From an uncultured Patescibacteria group bacterium (GTDB lineage: Bacteria > Patescibacteriota > Microgenomatia > UBA1400 > PJMF01), in NCBI GenBank assembly GCA_905478415.1, contig CAJQIG010000002.1:120834-184833 (forward strand): a stretch of 64,000 nt of DNA. The letters are read 5' to 3'. A program made the position numbers and the translations under genes. Position 1 is the first letter of the stretch; the number at the start of each line of letters is the position of its first letter. The notes beneath the pieces are model-generated. The model searched no databases. It had not been told where the DNA came from and was given only the letters and a program-made list of their open reading frames with translations. This document shows, one piece after another, positions 27,542 through 36,772 of the stretch.

Positions 27542-28411
27542 CTACTGCCAAAAATGCATACCAGCCAAGCGATTTCTCTGTTTTCTACTATCTTTTTTAC
27601 GTAGGATTTTCACTGTTTGTTGGCTAACTTTTTTTCGTTCTTCCTCAATATTTTGTTGAGTGTATTGCAGCGTTGTAATTCGAGCTCCCAGAGTAGCTAG
27701 CTGGGCTTCACGCATTTTTTGTTGAAGGAGAGAAGCTAAAATTTGGATTTCAAAAAAGTGGAGGATTTTCTTTTTGTCTGGTTCAAAAAAAAAGTGGCGG
27801 TTCTGTCGCTCGGCTTCTAGTAGTTTATCACCAAGTGGGATGTCTCCAGAGATGGTACTCGATTGAGGTTCCTGGTGCATGATAGTGACAAAATAGGGGT
27901 AAAAGACTTCAACCTGTTCAAACTGTAGGATGTGTTCAAAGAAATCACTATTTTCGGATAAGTTAATGTTTTTCTCTTTTATGTCGAAGTAGGCGAATTG
28001 CATTCCTTCTGGAAAGTACTCATGAAAAAGACGCTTGGCAGTGGCACCAGTAATGACAATCTCAAATTCATTTTCAGAACTCTTCTTAGCAAACTCTCTA
28101 AACGATCTGCGAATTACGTCTGTCGAGAACTTGGTTTCAAATGCAATAAACACTGCCACACGCTTCCCATTTTTTTCAAGTGTCGAGAAAGATAGACTGG
28201 AAGAGTTGCTCTGTTTCTCAAAGAGTTTTTTGATTGATTGTTTAACATCAATAAAGGTCTCGATCAGGCCTTCAGAAAAAGCTCGACTATTAATGGTGGC
28301 ATCTCTATTTTTTTGCATCTGGTAGATGGTTAGTTTTTGATATGCAGAAAAGAAATCATTAATAGTAATGAGGGAATCTTGTTGCAGCTGAAGGTCTTTT
28401 AAATTTGACAT
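27542..28411 (-). CDS. atpG: F-type ATP synthase gamma subunit (divergent)
   Basis: Located between atpA and atpD. N-terminus MSNLKDLQLQ.. and C-terminal helix (EAQLATLGARITTLQ) are gamma-like. Confidence 0.6.
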   Translation of the reverse strand: MSNLKDLQLQQDSLITINDFFSAYQKLTIYQMQKNRDATINSRAFSEGLIETFIDVKQSIKKLFEKQSNSSSLSFSTLEKNGKRVAVFIAFETKFSTDVIRRSFREFAKKSSENEFEIVITGATAKRLFHEYFPEGMQFAYFDIKEKNINLSENSDFFEHILQFEQVEVFYPYFVTIMHQEPQSSTISGDIPLGDKLLEAERQNRHFFFEPDKKKILHFFEIQILASLLQQKMREAQLATLGARITTLQYTQQNIEEERKKVSQQTVKILRKKDSRKQRNRLAGMHFWQ

Positions 28412-29880
28412 AGTTGCCGTAACTGTGTTTGATTAGATTTTATTTTTGAAAGAAAAGCAGTAAACGAAGGTGCAGTGACATACTCATCGAGTTGTGTAGC
28501 AATAGTGGATGTTTGGTACTGTTTTGAGAGTTGGAATATTGAACTTTTTAGAGCATTTTCGTGAGTCTGGGCATACCATCCCTGCCAGATTAATCCTAAA
28601 ATGATGAGTCGGACAGTAGTGGCAATTCCTTGCTGCTGAGAGTCACTCAGGAAGTTAGTAATCAGGTCTCCTTTTTTAAGGACTTCTTGGCTTCGAGTGC
28701 TAATTTCACTTCCCAAGTGAGTCAGGTTCTTGGTTTTGCGGTAGGAAGTTAAGAAACTGGTTAGCTCTTGGTTGATGTCACGTTGCAAAGGACTTTGCGT
28801 TTGTTTTCCCACACGAGTGACTGAAAGTTTTGTATCAATTGCTGGTCGAAAGCCTTGCGCAAAGAGCTTTGTATCGAAAAGCAGGTGCCCATCAGTAATA
28901 CTGATTAGGTTTGAAGTGATAAAGTCAGTCAGGTCACTGTTGATGGTTCGAACCACGGGGAGGCAGGTGAGCGAAACTTCACCAGCAGTATTTTTATCGT
29001 GAGAGAACATACCGGCTCTCTCGAGTAATTGAGCGTGTCGGTAAAAAATGTCGCCGGGATACGAGTCTCTTCCCGGGAATCGTTTTGCAAGCAATGAAAG
29101 TTCTCGATAAAACTCTGCATGGGTTGTGAGGTCATCTAGAATGAGTAAGACATCTTTTCCTTGGGATACAAGGTGTTCTGCAACAGTCATGGCGGCAACA
29201 GGAGTAATGGTGATAGTACTGACGGGGTCTTGGGTAGTTGAGGCAACTAGAATGATATTCTCGAGCACACCCGATTTTTTAAAGAAGTCATACGTTTTTT
29301 TTATATCAGCAACTTTTTTACCTACGAGGCCGTACACAACAGTGGTACCACTCTGAGCTTGAGTGAGCGCAACTCCTCGAGCAAAGTCACTCTTCCCTGC
29401 TTTTCTGTCTCCCACGAGGAGTTCTCGTTGCCCATGCCCAATGGGCAGTAGGATGTCAGTCAGACTAAAACCAGTTTCTAGCTGTTTTGTAATACGTTTT
29501 CTTTGAGAGATTCTAGGGGGGACTTTAAAGATGCTGCTATATTCTTCTGACGAACTTGATGAAGCGGCTGTTCCAAGGACAACCTCCCCAAGAGGTGAAA
29601 AAATAGCGCCTGTTTTGAGTCGGGATACAGGAAATGAAAGGACATGCCCGGTGCGAGAGATCTTACTTTCGATAGCCACTGGCTTTGTTGAAAAAACCAT
29701 AATATCAATAGCTTCGTCAGTAAAAGACAACACCTGGCCGAGTGAGTTGTCTTCAAAGATGACTACTTCCCCAACGCTCACACTCTGAAAACCTCGAGCA
29801 CGTACCAGAGGATGATGCACCGCAATCACGACAGCATACTCACTAGTAACTACGGGGTATTGTGGTTGGGTTGTGCTCAT
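28399..29880 (-). CDS. atpA: F-type ATP synthase alpha subunit
   Basis: GDRKAGKS P-loop variant, ILDDLTTHAEFYRELSLLAKRFPGRDSYPGDIFYRHAQLLERAG, SLTCLPVVRT...ISITDGHLLFDTKLFAQGFRPAIDTKLSVTRVG. Confidence 0.9.
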   Translation of the reverse strand: MSTTQPQYPVVTSEYAVVIAVHHPLVRARGFQSVSVGEVVIFEDNSLGQVLSFTDEAIDIMVFSTKPVAIESKISRTGHVLSFPVSRLKTGAIFSPLGEVVLGTAASSSSSEEYSSIFKVPPRISQRKRITKQLETGFSLTDILLPIGHGQRELLVGDRKAGKSDFARGVALTQAQSGTTVVYGLVGKKVADIKKTYDFFKKSGVLENIILVASTTQDPVSTITITPVAAMTVAEHLVSQGKDVLLILDDLTTHAEFYRELSLLAKRFPGRDSYPGDIFYRHAQLLERAGMFSHDKNTAGEVSLTCLPVVRTINSDLTDFITSNLISITDGHLLFDTKLFAQGFRPAIDTKLSVTRVGKQTQSPLQRDINQELTSFLTSYRKTKNLTHLGSEISTRSQEVLKKGDLITNFLSDSQQQGIATTVRLIILGLIWQGWYAQTHENALKSSIFQLSKQYQTSTIATQLDEYVTAPSFTAFLSKIKSNQTQLRQLCQI

Positions 29881-30326
29881 GAGGCAGCTCCCTTACTTGT
29901 TTCAAAAGCGGAGCGGTGATGGCGTTCTCCGGATACTTCCCAGGTGACTTCACCTAGTGTTGTATTGTTGGTGGTGACTTTCAGAATAAATGGATTTTTG
30001 TACTGTTTTTTGAACAGGGTTTGAAAATCTTGCAACTGCTTTTGAGTGGGAGAGTAGGGAAGAGTGAGGTGTAGTATCTCTAGTGAAGCTAAGCTGGCAT
30101 CGAGTGTAGTGAGTTGTTTTTCCTGTTCGGTAACGCTTTTAGTGGCTGCTATACTTGAATAAAGGAGTGAAAACTTGAGGGGAATGACTGCTTGTAGTGA
30201 TCTGTCAAAATCAGTTCCTGACTTTGTGTAGAGATTTTTTTTGATTTCGGCAATCACGCTTCGGAGTTCAGCCAGATCGTGGGTAGAAAGAATGGTTTCA
30301 AGTAGTTGTGATTGCAGTGGTGACAT
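29877..30326 (-). CDS. atpH: Putative F-type ATP synthase delta (OSCP) subunit
   Basis: Position between atpF and atpA; size of 149 aa. No strong motif. Confidence 0.4.
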   Translation of the reverse strand: MSPLQSQLLETILSTHDLAELRSVIAEIKKNLYTKSGTDFDRSLQAVIPLKFSLLYSSIAATKSVTEQEKQLTTLDASLASLEILHLTLPYSPTQKQLQDFQTLFKKQYKNPFILKVTTNNTTLGEVTWEVSGERHHRSAFETSKGAAS

Positions 30327-30955
30327 TATGAGGGATCTTTACGCGCTTCAGTTTGTTCTTTTGGCAGTGTTGCCAGGTGTTCAGATATGAGTGTTAGGCA
30401 AAGTTCATGTACTTGGTCTGAAGATAATTCTTGGTGTAGGTAGCGCTTTGTCACTTGATGCACTTCCTGGGCAGCTTGCTGAGCAATGACTTGTTTTTGT
30501 TCTGCTGTGTACTGAGCAATTTCTTCTGTAGCCTTTTTTGTATGTGTTAAAAGCAGTTGATGCATTTCAGACTTTGTATGGGTGATTGCTGCTGTTAGTT
30601 CCTCAGTTAAGTTGGATACTTGTACCTTGGCGGAAGTTTGTAGTTCTTTGAGTGTTTCCTGTGTTTGGTTCAAAATAGTGTGTTCAATTTTTTCTTGGAC
30701 CTTTTGAGCCAGTGATGCCACTTCTTTAGAGGCCGTAACTGAGTTTTGAGATACTCTAGAGAGAGAAGTGCGAGCTTCTTCGGCAGCTGAAGTGACAATT
30801 TTTTCAAGTTTTTCTTGCGTTTTCTTGAGTTCTTTTTGGTATTCTTTTTCGAACCGCTTGGTTTTATTTCTTTCAGAAAACAGTAACCCAGCAATGATGA
30901 CTTCAAGAATAAAAATTGACCAGAGTGAAAGAAGCGTGATATCGGGTGATTGCAT
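30326..30955 (-). CDS. atpF: Putative F-type ATP synthase b subunit
   Basis: N-terminal TM helix (LLSLWSIFILEVIIAGLLF) followed by a long charged coiled-coil; operon position. Confidence 0.5.
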   Translation of the reverse strand: MQSPDITLLSLWSIFILEVIIAGLLFSERNKTKRFEKEYQKELKKTQEKLEKIVTSAAEEARTSLSRVSQNSVTASKEVASLAQKVQEKIEHTILNQTQETLKELQTSAKVQVSNLTEELTAAITHTKSEMHQLLLTHTKKATEEIAQYTAEQKQVIAQQAAQEVHQVTKRYLHQELSSDQVHELCLTLISEHLATLPKEQTEARKDPS

Positions 30956-30957
30956 AA

Positions 30958-31773
30958 TTAAAAAGTGACCATCAGGTACGCTCCTACTACTCCAGCAATA
31001 ATAATGATAATGCTGACTACTATATTAACAAAAATACTGGTGATAATGCTATTCTTTGCGAGTGGATTACGACCAATGGCTTCAATTCCTTTTTGAGAAG
31101 TGCGACCCAACAGGATAAAACTGGCGAAAATTGAAAGCAGTAAAACTGCGCCCGCCACCACATACTTGAAAACTTTTGTTGGCTCTTCAAAAGCAGCAAT
31201 GGCACTGAGACTGACGATGTTTCTGAGTCGGTCCGAGATGGTTTCCGAATCTGGTGTGTCGCCAGCAAAGGTAAACTCCTTGTTGAGGCGGATTGAAATT
31301 AAAGCAGTGTCATCTGAAGTAGTGCCTGCAAAACTTTCTTCAGCTACACCGAGAGTAAAGCCAGATTTGACCGCCTTCATACCAACTCCTGGGCTCGAAG
31401 AGCTAGTGATTTTATCACCAGGTTGTATAGCTCCATTTTCTCCCGAGACCAAGACATTAGCTGTTCCATCTGCAATTACTGGTGAAGTGTCGCTCGTATT
31501 ACCAAAGGTAAACTCAATGCTGGGATTGAGGTCAACTATGCCAAACATGGTTCGGTCATAGGGACCTTGGCTTTCAGTGTAGGTTGTGTCTCCCAAAGAA
31601 ACAATCATGCCATCAAAGATTTCAATTGATGGTTCTACTTTGAGTTGATAGGCAATTCCCAGAGGTTCTTCAACTTGTTTTTGCGCTTGTATCTGTGGAG
31701 TGACCAACTGCGTTGCCCCAAAACCAAGTGTTAGGAGGAGAAGAGTTTGTAGGGTATTTTTTTTACTCAACAT
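30958..31773 (-). CDS. Fusion protein: N-terminal signal peptide plus a ~190-aa extracytoplasmic domain, with a C-terminal ATP synthase c-subunit-like helical hairpin that lacks the ion-binding carboxylate
   Basis: C-terminus LLLSIFASFILLGRTSQKGIEAIGRNPLAKNSIITSIFVNIVVSIIIIIAGVVGAYLM aligns to c-subunit (..[57 protein letters not shown]), with the conserved Asp/Glu position occupied by Ser. The N-terminal part is hydrophilic with signal peptide MLSKKNTLQTLLLLTLGFGATQL. Confidence 0.5.
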   Translation of the reverse strand: MLSKKNTLQTLLLLTLGFGATQLVTPQIQAQKQVEEPLGIAYQLKVEPSIEIFDGMIVSLGDTTYTESQGPYDRTMFGIVDLNPSIEFTFGNTSDTSPVIADGTANVLVSGENGAIQPGDKITSSSSPGVGMKAVKSGFTLGVAEESFAGTTSDDTALISIRLNKEFTFAGDTPDSETISDRLRNIVSLSAIAAFEEPTKVFKYVVAGAVLLLSIFASFILLGRTSQKGIEAIGRNPLAKNSIITSIFVNIVVSIIIIIAGVVGAYLMVTF

Positions 31774-32086
31774 ATTTTGCGTTACATTTACTTTTTTTGG
31801 CCTGGTTTTAATGTTTTTTTACTAAGTATCTTTTTAGTCTTTATTTTTTTAATAAAAAAAGTACTCAACATGTATTTTTTAGTGTTTTTGGTGGCGTGAA
31901 TTCCACTAAAATAAACGCTCTTTTCTTGAGAGGCATACCTCCATTCTAAAGGAGAAGTACAAAGAATAAAAGATTGATTTATCAATCTTAGTGAGGTTTT
32001 TATATCAGATTTGATTGCATTTGCATGCTTTCCTTCGTGTTAACTTTGTCTGATGTTTTACCCAAAAAAAAAGTACCATATATAGT

Positions 32087-35000
32087 ATGAGTAAAAAAGT
32101 TGCCCGTCACATAGGACGAAGGGTGGCTCTGTTTTTGATGGCAGGGTCGTTCCTCTGCTTTTTTGCAGCTGGGTTCATCTTTTGGTATGGCCCTGGTAGT
32201 ACTGCTCAAAACCAAGAAGATGCTTTTTCCAATTCTGGAAAAGTTGCAGGAGTTTCCATTGATTCGTTTGGTAACACAGTTGATGCTCGAGGAAAAATCA
32301 AGGGCGTTGTTTCCCCCGAAGAAGCAGATAGTTTAGTTTTTCGAATAAAAACAGTTTTTAACGATACGGTTTCACTTGGTGAAGCTTTGGTTACAGGGAA
32401 TCTTGAAGTCGGCGGAGATTCTGTAGTTGATGGAGATGCAACGGTAGTAGGCAACTCCACCTTGGATGGTGATGTAACCGTTTCTGGAAACTCAAACTTT
32501 GCTGGGACGGTTTCTATTGATGGCAACTTAGTTGTTCAGGGAGGAGAGGTCGAGGCTTCAAATGTGATTTACTCAGTTCTGACTGGGAGCGGACTGACTC
32601 TCTCAGGAAATCAAAACATTACACTTACAAACTCAGATCTGGGTTCATCCCAAAACATTTTCAAAAATTTTAAGATAGAATCAACAACGCTCTCGGCGAA
32701 TTCAAACGATGACACACTGACTTTTACCGGAGGAGCAGGTGTTTCTCTTTCAAATGATGGTAAAACAATTACAATTGCTGCTGATAGTAATGAGCTCAAT
32801 GTCTCTGGGTGGGATGTGGGTACCGGTACCGTTTTCTTAACTACCTCAACTGACAACGTCGGAATTGGCACAACTAGCCCAACAAGTAAGCTCGATGTTG
32901 TCGGTGGATTAAAGGTTTCTTCTGGAGCAACTATCAACTCAGGAATTAATAATACTAGCGGAGGTATTACTAATGCTGGAGTTATCACCGGAGGAACGGG
33001 TTTTACTTCTTCTGGAACAATTACTCTTTCAGGTTTATCAACAGGTGTTCTACAAAGCAGTTTTGGAGGAGTACTTTCCTCTGGAGCTTTAAATATTGCA
33101 GGAGGAGGTAGTTATGTAACTGGTATCTTACCAGTTACTAATGGTGGTACCGGTTTGAATACGGTTACTGCTGGAGATTTACTCTATGCTAGTGGAGCTG
33201 ATACTTTAGCAAGTCTCGGTATTGGTGGAGATGGTCAAGTCTTGACTGTTTCTGGTGGTACTGTAGCTTGGGGAAGTGCTGGTGGTAGTGGTCCCTGTGC
33301 AACTTGTCTTATTACCGACCCCGGTACAACTCAAGTTATTACTCCAAGTGCGGCGACTGCAACAGGGCTTTCAATTAAGCAGGCAAGTAGTGGTTCGGTT
33401 GATGTCTTTAATGTGACTTCGTTTGATGGTTCTACTAAGTATTTTAGAGTAGACAGTTCTGGAAATGTATTGCTTGGAAGTGGAGTGACTTCGGCAATGG
33501 GAAACCTTTCGATTTCACCAACTGGCTCTGATCCGATTGTTATTGCACCGTTCGATGGTTTTAATGCTGCCCCCTTTAGTGGCACCGTGACTTCAGAAGA
33601 TTTAACAGCAGACAGAACTTGGACATTCCCTAACGAAAGTGGCGTTGTTTGTTTAGCCACTGGAAACTGTGCTGGCACGTCTGCTGGGATTGGCGGTAGT
33701 GGTACCACTGGTTACTTGACTAAATGGACTGATACTTACACCGTTGGAGCTTCAGTTTTATATGATAATGGTACGAATATTGGTATTGGTACTGCTACAC
33801 CGACAAGTAAGTTACATGTTGTTGGAACAGTTAACCTCAATGGAGTGACAACCATTGGGGCTGCCTTGACAGCAAGTTCAACGCTGAATGTCACAGGAAC
33901 CGCTACCTTAAGTAGTAGCTTACAAGTCGATGGCAGCACCGATCTCAACGATACCCTCGAGGTGACTGGTGTCACTACTTTGGGTTCGACACTCGGTGTG
34001 ACAGGGCAGGGAACATTCGGAGGTAATGTTGGCATTGGGAGCCTCTCTCCAAGTCAAGCACTCGACGTTTTAGGTGCGATGAGATTTGGTACTGCAGGTG
34101 CATATAACACGCTCAATACTTCTGCAGCTGTATCTGGTCCGACCGGTGATTTGTACTGGGGAGATAGAAGCGTTTGTGATAGTAGCGGCAACTGTGCAGG
34201 GACCTCAGCGGGCCTTGGTGGATCTGGTACAACGAACTATCTTGCCAAGTGGAGTAGTACTTATGGGCTTGGAAATTCTTTAGTTTTTGATAATGGAACT
34301 AATGTGGGTATTGGTTCTACTTCACCTACAGCAACACTTGATGTAGTAGGAAGTTTGAGATTAAACGATGGTAGCTACTCAGCTCCGTCACTCACCTTTA
34401 GAACTAACTCAGATGCTGGTTTTTACGAAGAGCCACTCGGTGGGGGATATGTTGCTTATGCTTCAGGAGGCCAAGCTCGGTACTTTTTCACTGCCAACTC
34501 ATTATCTGGAAGGGACACGGGTTCATTCTATTTACTTCGTGCCCCAGGTGATGCAACGACACCGACCTTTTCATTTGTTGGTGACACCAACACTGGTATG
34601 GCTCGAGCTACTGCAGATGAACTAACTCTTATTACTGGTGGAAGTGAGCGACTCCGCGTTAATGCATCTGGAAATGTTGGGATAGGTACCAGTGCTCCGC
34701 TTGGAAAGTTTGATGTTCAAGGCGCAGCTGTGGGTAAGGCATTAGTAATTCTGAACGAAACAGGTAACCAGGCGATTTTTGCAGCTTCAGCAAGTGGTGC
34801 TACAAAGTTTTTGATTGCGAATGATGGCAATGTCGGTATTGGTTCCACTTCTCCAGGCTATTCACTAGACACAGTCGGCACAACAAGATTGCAAGGCACC
34901 ACCACCGGTGGAGGAAACGGACTGTATGTGAATGATGATAGTCAGGTTGGTATTGGAGGGACACCAGTTGCGTTTCACACCCTTACGGTCGATACTTCTT

Positions 35001-36730
35001 CGAGTAGTTGGCCAATTCTATTTAATACAGATAGTAGTGATTTCAACAACCTGCTGAAGCTTCAAAATAGTTCTAGTTTAGGAGCTGATAGAGGTTCGAA
35101 AGTAGAGTTTCTTGGAACTTCTGGAGTAATTACTGGATATACCGGTATTGCTTTGGAGGGTGCCAGTTACGATAATTCATACATGGCTTTTGCTACTCGG
35201 GGAAGTGGAACAGTTGCTGAACAGATGCGGATTAACTCTTCTGGAAATATTGGCATAGGTACTACTGCTCCACTAGGAAAATTAAATCTTGAGGGTGCAG
35301 CTGTGGGTAAAGCTTTGGCAATTCTAAATGAGACAGGAGACCAGGCTCTTTTTACAGCTTCAGCAAGTGGTGCTACAAAATTTGTTATTGCTAATGACGG
35401 AAACGTGGGAATTGGGACAACGACTGCAAACGCTCAGCTTGATGTAAATGGTACTATTTACTTTGGTTCTCAAATTGTGGCTCGTGATGACACAAATACA
35501 AAGTTTGTCTTTGGTAATGACCAGATAGAGTTGCAAGCGGGCGGTCTTCGATTACTTACTCTGTCAGAGTCAGGCTCCTTTACAGGAGATGTTACGGGGA
35601 ACTTAAATAAACATAATGTTGACTTCAATTGGTTTGGTGACACTAATTCTGACTTTTTTACGCTTGATGCTGGGGCAGAGAATGTAGGAATTGGTACTGC
35701 TACTCCGGGCCAAAAACTCGATGTCGTCGGCAGCGCTCGCTTTAGTGCGGTTGGCAGTGGTTCCTACAGCGCAGATCTTAATCTCACTGCTGATGGCACA
35801 CTGACTACGAGTTCTTCTGATATTCGTTTGAAAGAGAACTTCAAAGAATTAAATGATGCTGAAATTTTGAGTAAAGTCTTAACTCTTAAAACCTACAAGT
35901 TTGATTGGATCAGTGGAGGCCAAAGTGATATTGGTATGATTGCTCAAGAGGTGCAGTCAATTTTTCCCGAGATCACATTTACTAATGCTACCGATGGATA
36001 TATGGGTATTAACTACTCCAGGTTACCATCATTGTTGGTAAATGCGATCCAAGAGCAACAGTCACAAATAAATAACATCTCTTTGAAGATAGATGCTGAG
36101 GGCCAGGTACTTGGTCAAGCAACGAATGTAGCCGTGATTCAAGAACCAAGTGTTGAGGAATCCTTGCTTCCTTACGCAGAGATTTCACCATCGCTCTGGA
36201 AGTTTTTACAAGAAGTTGTCTTTACAGCTCGAACCAGCTTCCAGTCAAGCGTCGAGTTTATGAAGGATGTCGCCTTTAAAGGCGCAGTCACTCTTAATGC
36301 TGATACCGTTGGACGCTTTGTCGTTCCAGCAGGAGCAACTCGAGTACGTGTTTCGTTCACTACTCGTTTCAAGCAGATTCCAACTGTTTACTTGAGTGTT
36401 CGATCGGACGTTTCTGGAGGCTATACTCTAGAATTAGTTGATGCAACAGGTTTTGTAGTTGTTCTTGAACAGGGACAACCAGATGCTGTTGTTATTGATT
36501 GGTTAGCGCTGCTCAGCGCTGGTGACGGTGCTGCAACGGTGCAGGTGCTTGAGTCAAAACCTATTTCCACAAGTCCAGAACCTACGCCGGTCGATGTTAT
36601 AGAATCAACTCCATCTCCAACTCCAATACCTAGTCCAAGTTCGACTCCGACATCCACACCAACGCCGAGTGCATCTCCAAGCCCAACAGATGTACCAGCT
36701 TCTTCCACTTCGGCAATAGTGACACCATAA
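32087..36730 (+). CDS. Giant (1547 aa) membrane-anchored, fibre-like surface protein with tail-fibre-like repeats, an internal Peptidase_S74 intramolecular chaperone domain, a ~210-aa extension and a Pro/Thr/Ser-rich tail
   Basis: N-terminal signal anchor (RVALFLMAGSFLCFFAAGFIFWY). Many GNVGIGT(S/T)TP..KLDV.G repeats. S74 domain SDIRLKENFKELNDAEILSKVLTLKTYKFDWISGGQSDIGMIAQEVQSIFPEI...YSRLPSLLVNAIQEQQSQINNISLKI. C-terminal PSPTPIPSPSSTPTSTPTPSASPSPT. Confidence 0.8.
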   Translation: MSKKVARHIGRRVALFLMAGSFLCFFAAGFIFWYGPGSTAQNQEDAFSNSGKVAGVSIDSFGNTVDARGKIKGVVSPEEADSLVFRIKTVFNDTVSLGEALVTGNLEVGGDSVVDGDATVVGNSTLDGDVTVSGNSNFAGTVSIDGNLVVQGGEVEASNVIYSVLTGSGLTLSGNQNITLTNSDLGSSQNIFKNFKIESTTLSANSNDDTLTFTGGAGVSLSNDGKTITIAADSNELNVSGWDVGTGTVFLTTSTDNVGIGTTSPTSKLDVVGGLKVSSGATINSGINNTSGGITNAGVITGGTGFTSSGTITLSGLSTGVLQSSFGGVLSSGALNIAGGGSYVTGILPVTNGGTGLNTVTAGDLLYASGADTLASLGIGGDGQVLTVSGGTVAWGSAGGSGPCATCLITDPGTTQVITPSAATATGLSIKQASSGSVDVFNVTSFDGSTKYFRVDSSGNVLLGSGVTSAMGNLSISPTGSDPIVIAPFDGFNAAPFSGTVTSEDLTADRTWTFPNESGVVCLATGNCAGTSAGIGGSGTTGYLTKWTDTYTVGASVLYDNGTNIGIGTATPTSKLHVVGTVNLNGVTTIGAALTASSTLNVTGTATLSSSLQVDGSTDLNDTLEVTGVTTLGSTLGVTGQGTFGGNVGIGSLSPSQALDVLGAMRFGTAGAYNTLNTSAAVSGPTGDLYWGDRSVCDSSGNCAGTSAGLGGSGTTNYLAKWSSTYGLGNSLVFDNGTNVGIGSTSPTATLDVVGSLRLNDGSYSAPSLTFRTNSDAGFYEEPLGGGYVAYASGGQARYFFTANSLSGRDTGSFYLLRAPGDATTPTFSFVGDTNTGMARATADELTLITGGSERLRVNASGNVGIGTSAPLGKFDVQGAAVGKALVILNETGNQAIFAASASGATKFLIANDGNVGIGSTSPGYSLDTVGTTRLQGTTTGGGNGLYVNDDSQVGIGGTPVAFHTLTVDTSSSSWPILFNTDSSDFNNLLKLQNSSSLGADRGSKVEFLGTSGVITGYTGIALEGASYDNSYMAFATRGSGTVAEQMRINSSGNIGIGTTAPLGKLNLEGAAVGKALAILNETGDQALFTASASGATKFVIANDGNVGIGTTTANAQLDVNGTIYFGSQIVARDDTNTKFVFGNDQIELQAGGLRLLTLSESGSFTGDVTGNLNKHNVDFNWFGDTNSDFFTLDAGAENVGIGTATPGQKLDVVGSARFSAVGSGSYSADLNLTADGTLTTSSSDIRLKENFKELNDAEILSKVLTLKTYKFDWISGGQSDIGMIAQEVQSIFPEITFTNATDGYMGINYSRLPSLLVNAIQEQQSQINNISLKIDAEGQVLGQATNVAVIQEPSVEESLLPYAEISPSLWKFLQEVVFTARTSFQSSVEFMKDVAFKGAVTLNADTVGRFVVPAGATRVRVSFTTRFKQIPTVYLSVRSDVSGGYTLELVDATGFVVVLEQGQPDAVVIDWLALLSAGDGAATVQVLESKPISTSPEPTPVDVIESTPSPTPIPSPSSTPTSTPTPSASPSPTDVPASSTSAIVTP
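35268..35725. repeat. Cassette ~88-90% DNA-identical, in inverted orientation, to 7215-7860 of giant gene 1
   Basis: See feature 7215-7860. Protein level: GKLNLEGAAVGKALAILNETGDQALFTASASGATKFVIANDGNVGIGTTTANAQLDVNGTIYFGSQIVARDD...DFNWFGDTNSDFFTLDAGAENVGIGTATP versus the same string with conservative changes in giant gene 1. Confidence 0.7.
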
Positions 36731-36772
36731 GGTGTAACAATTCTTGTCACTTTTCTTCGTTATGCTCTGAGT

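Noticed and set aside
36421-36750. 109-aa minus-strand Gly/Val/Asp-rich ORF at the end of giant gene 2
   Set aside because: Antisense translation of the Pro/Thr/Ser tail.
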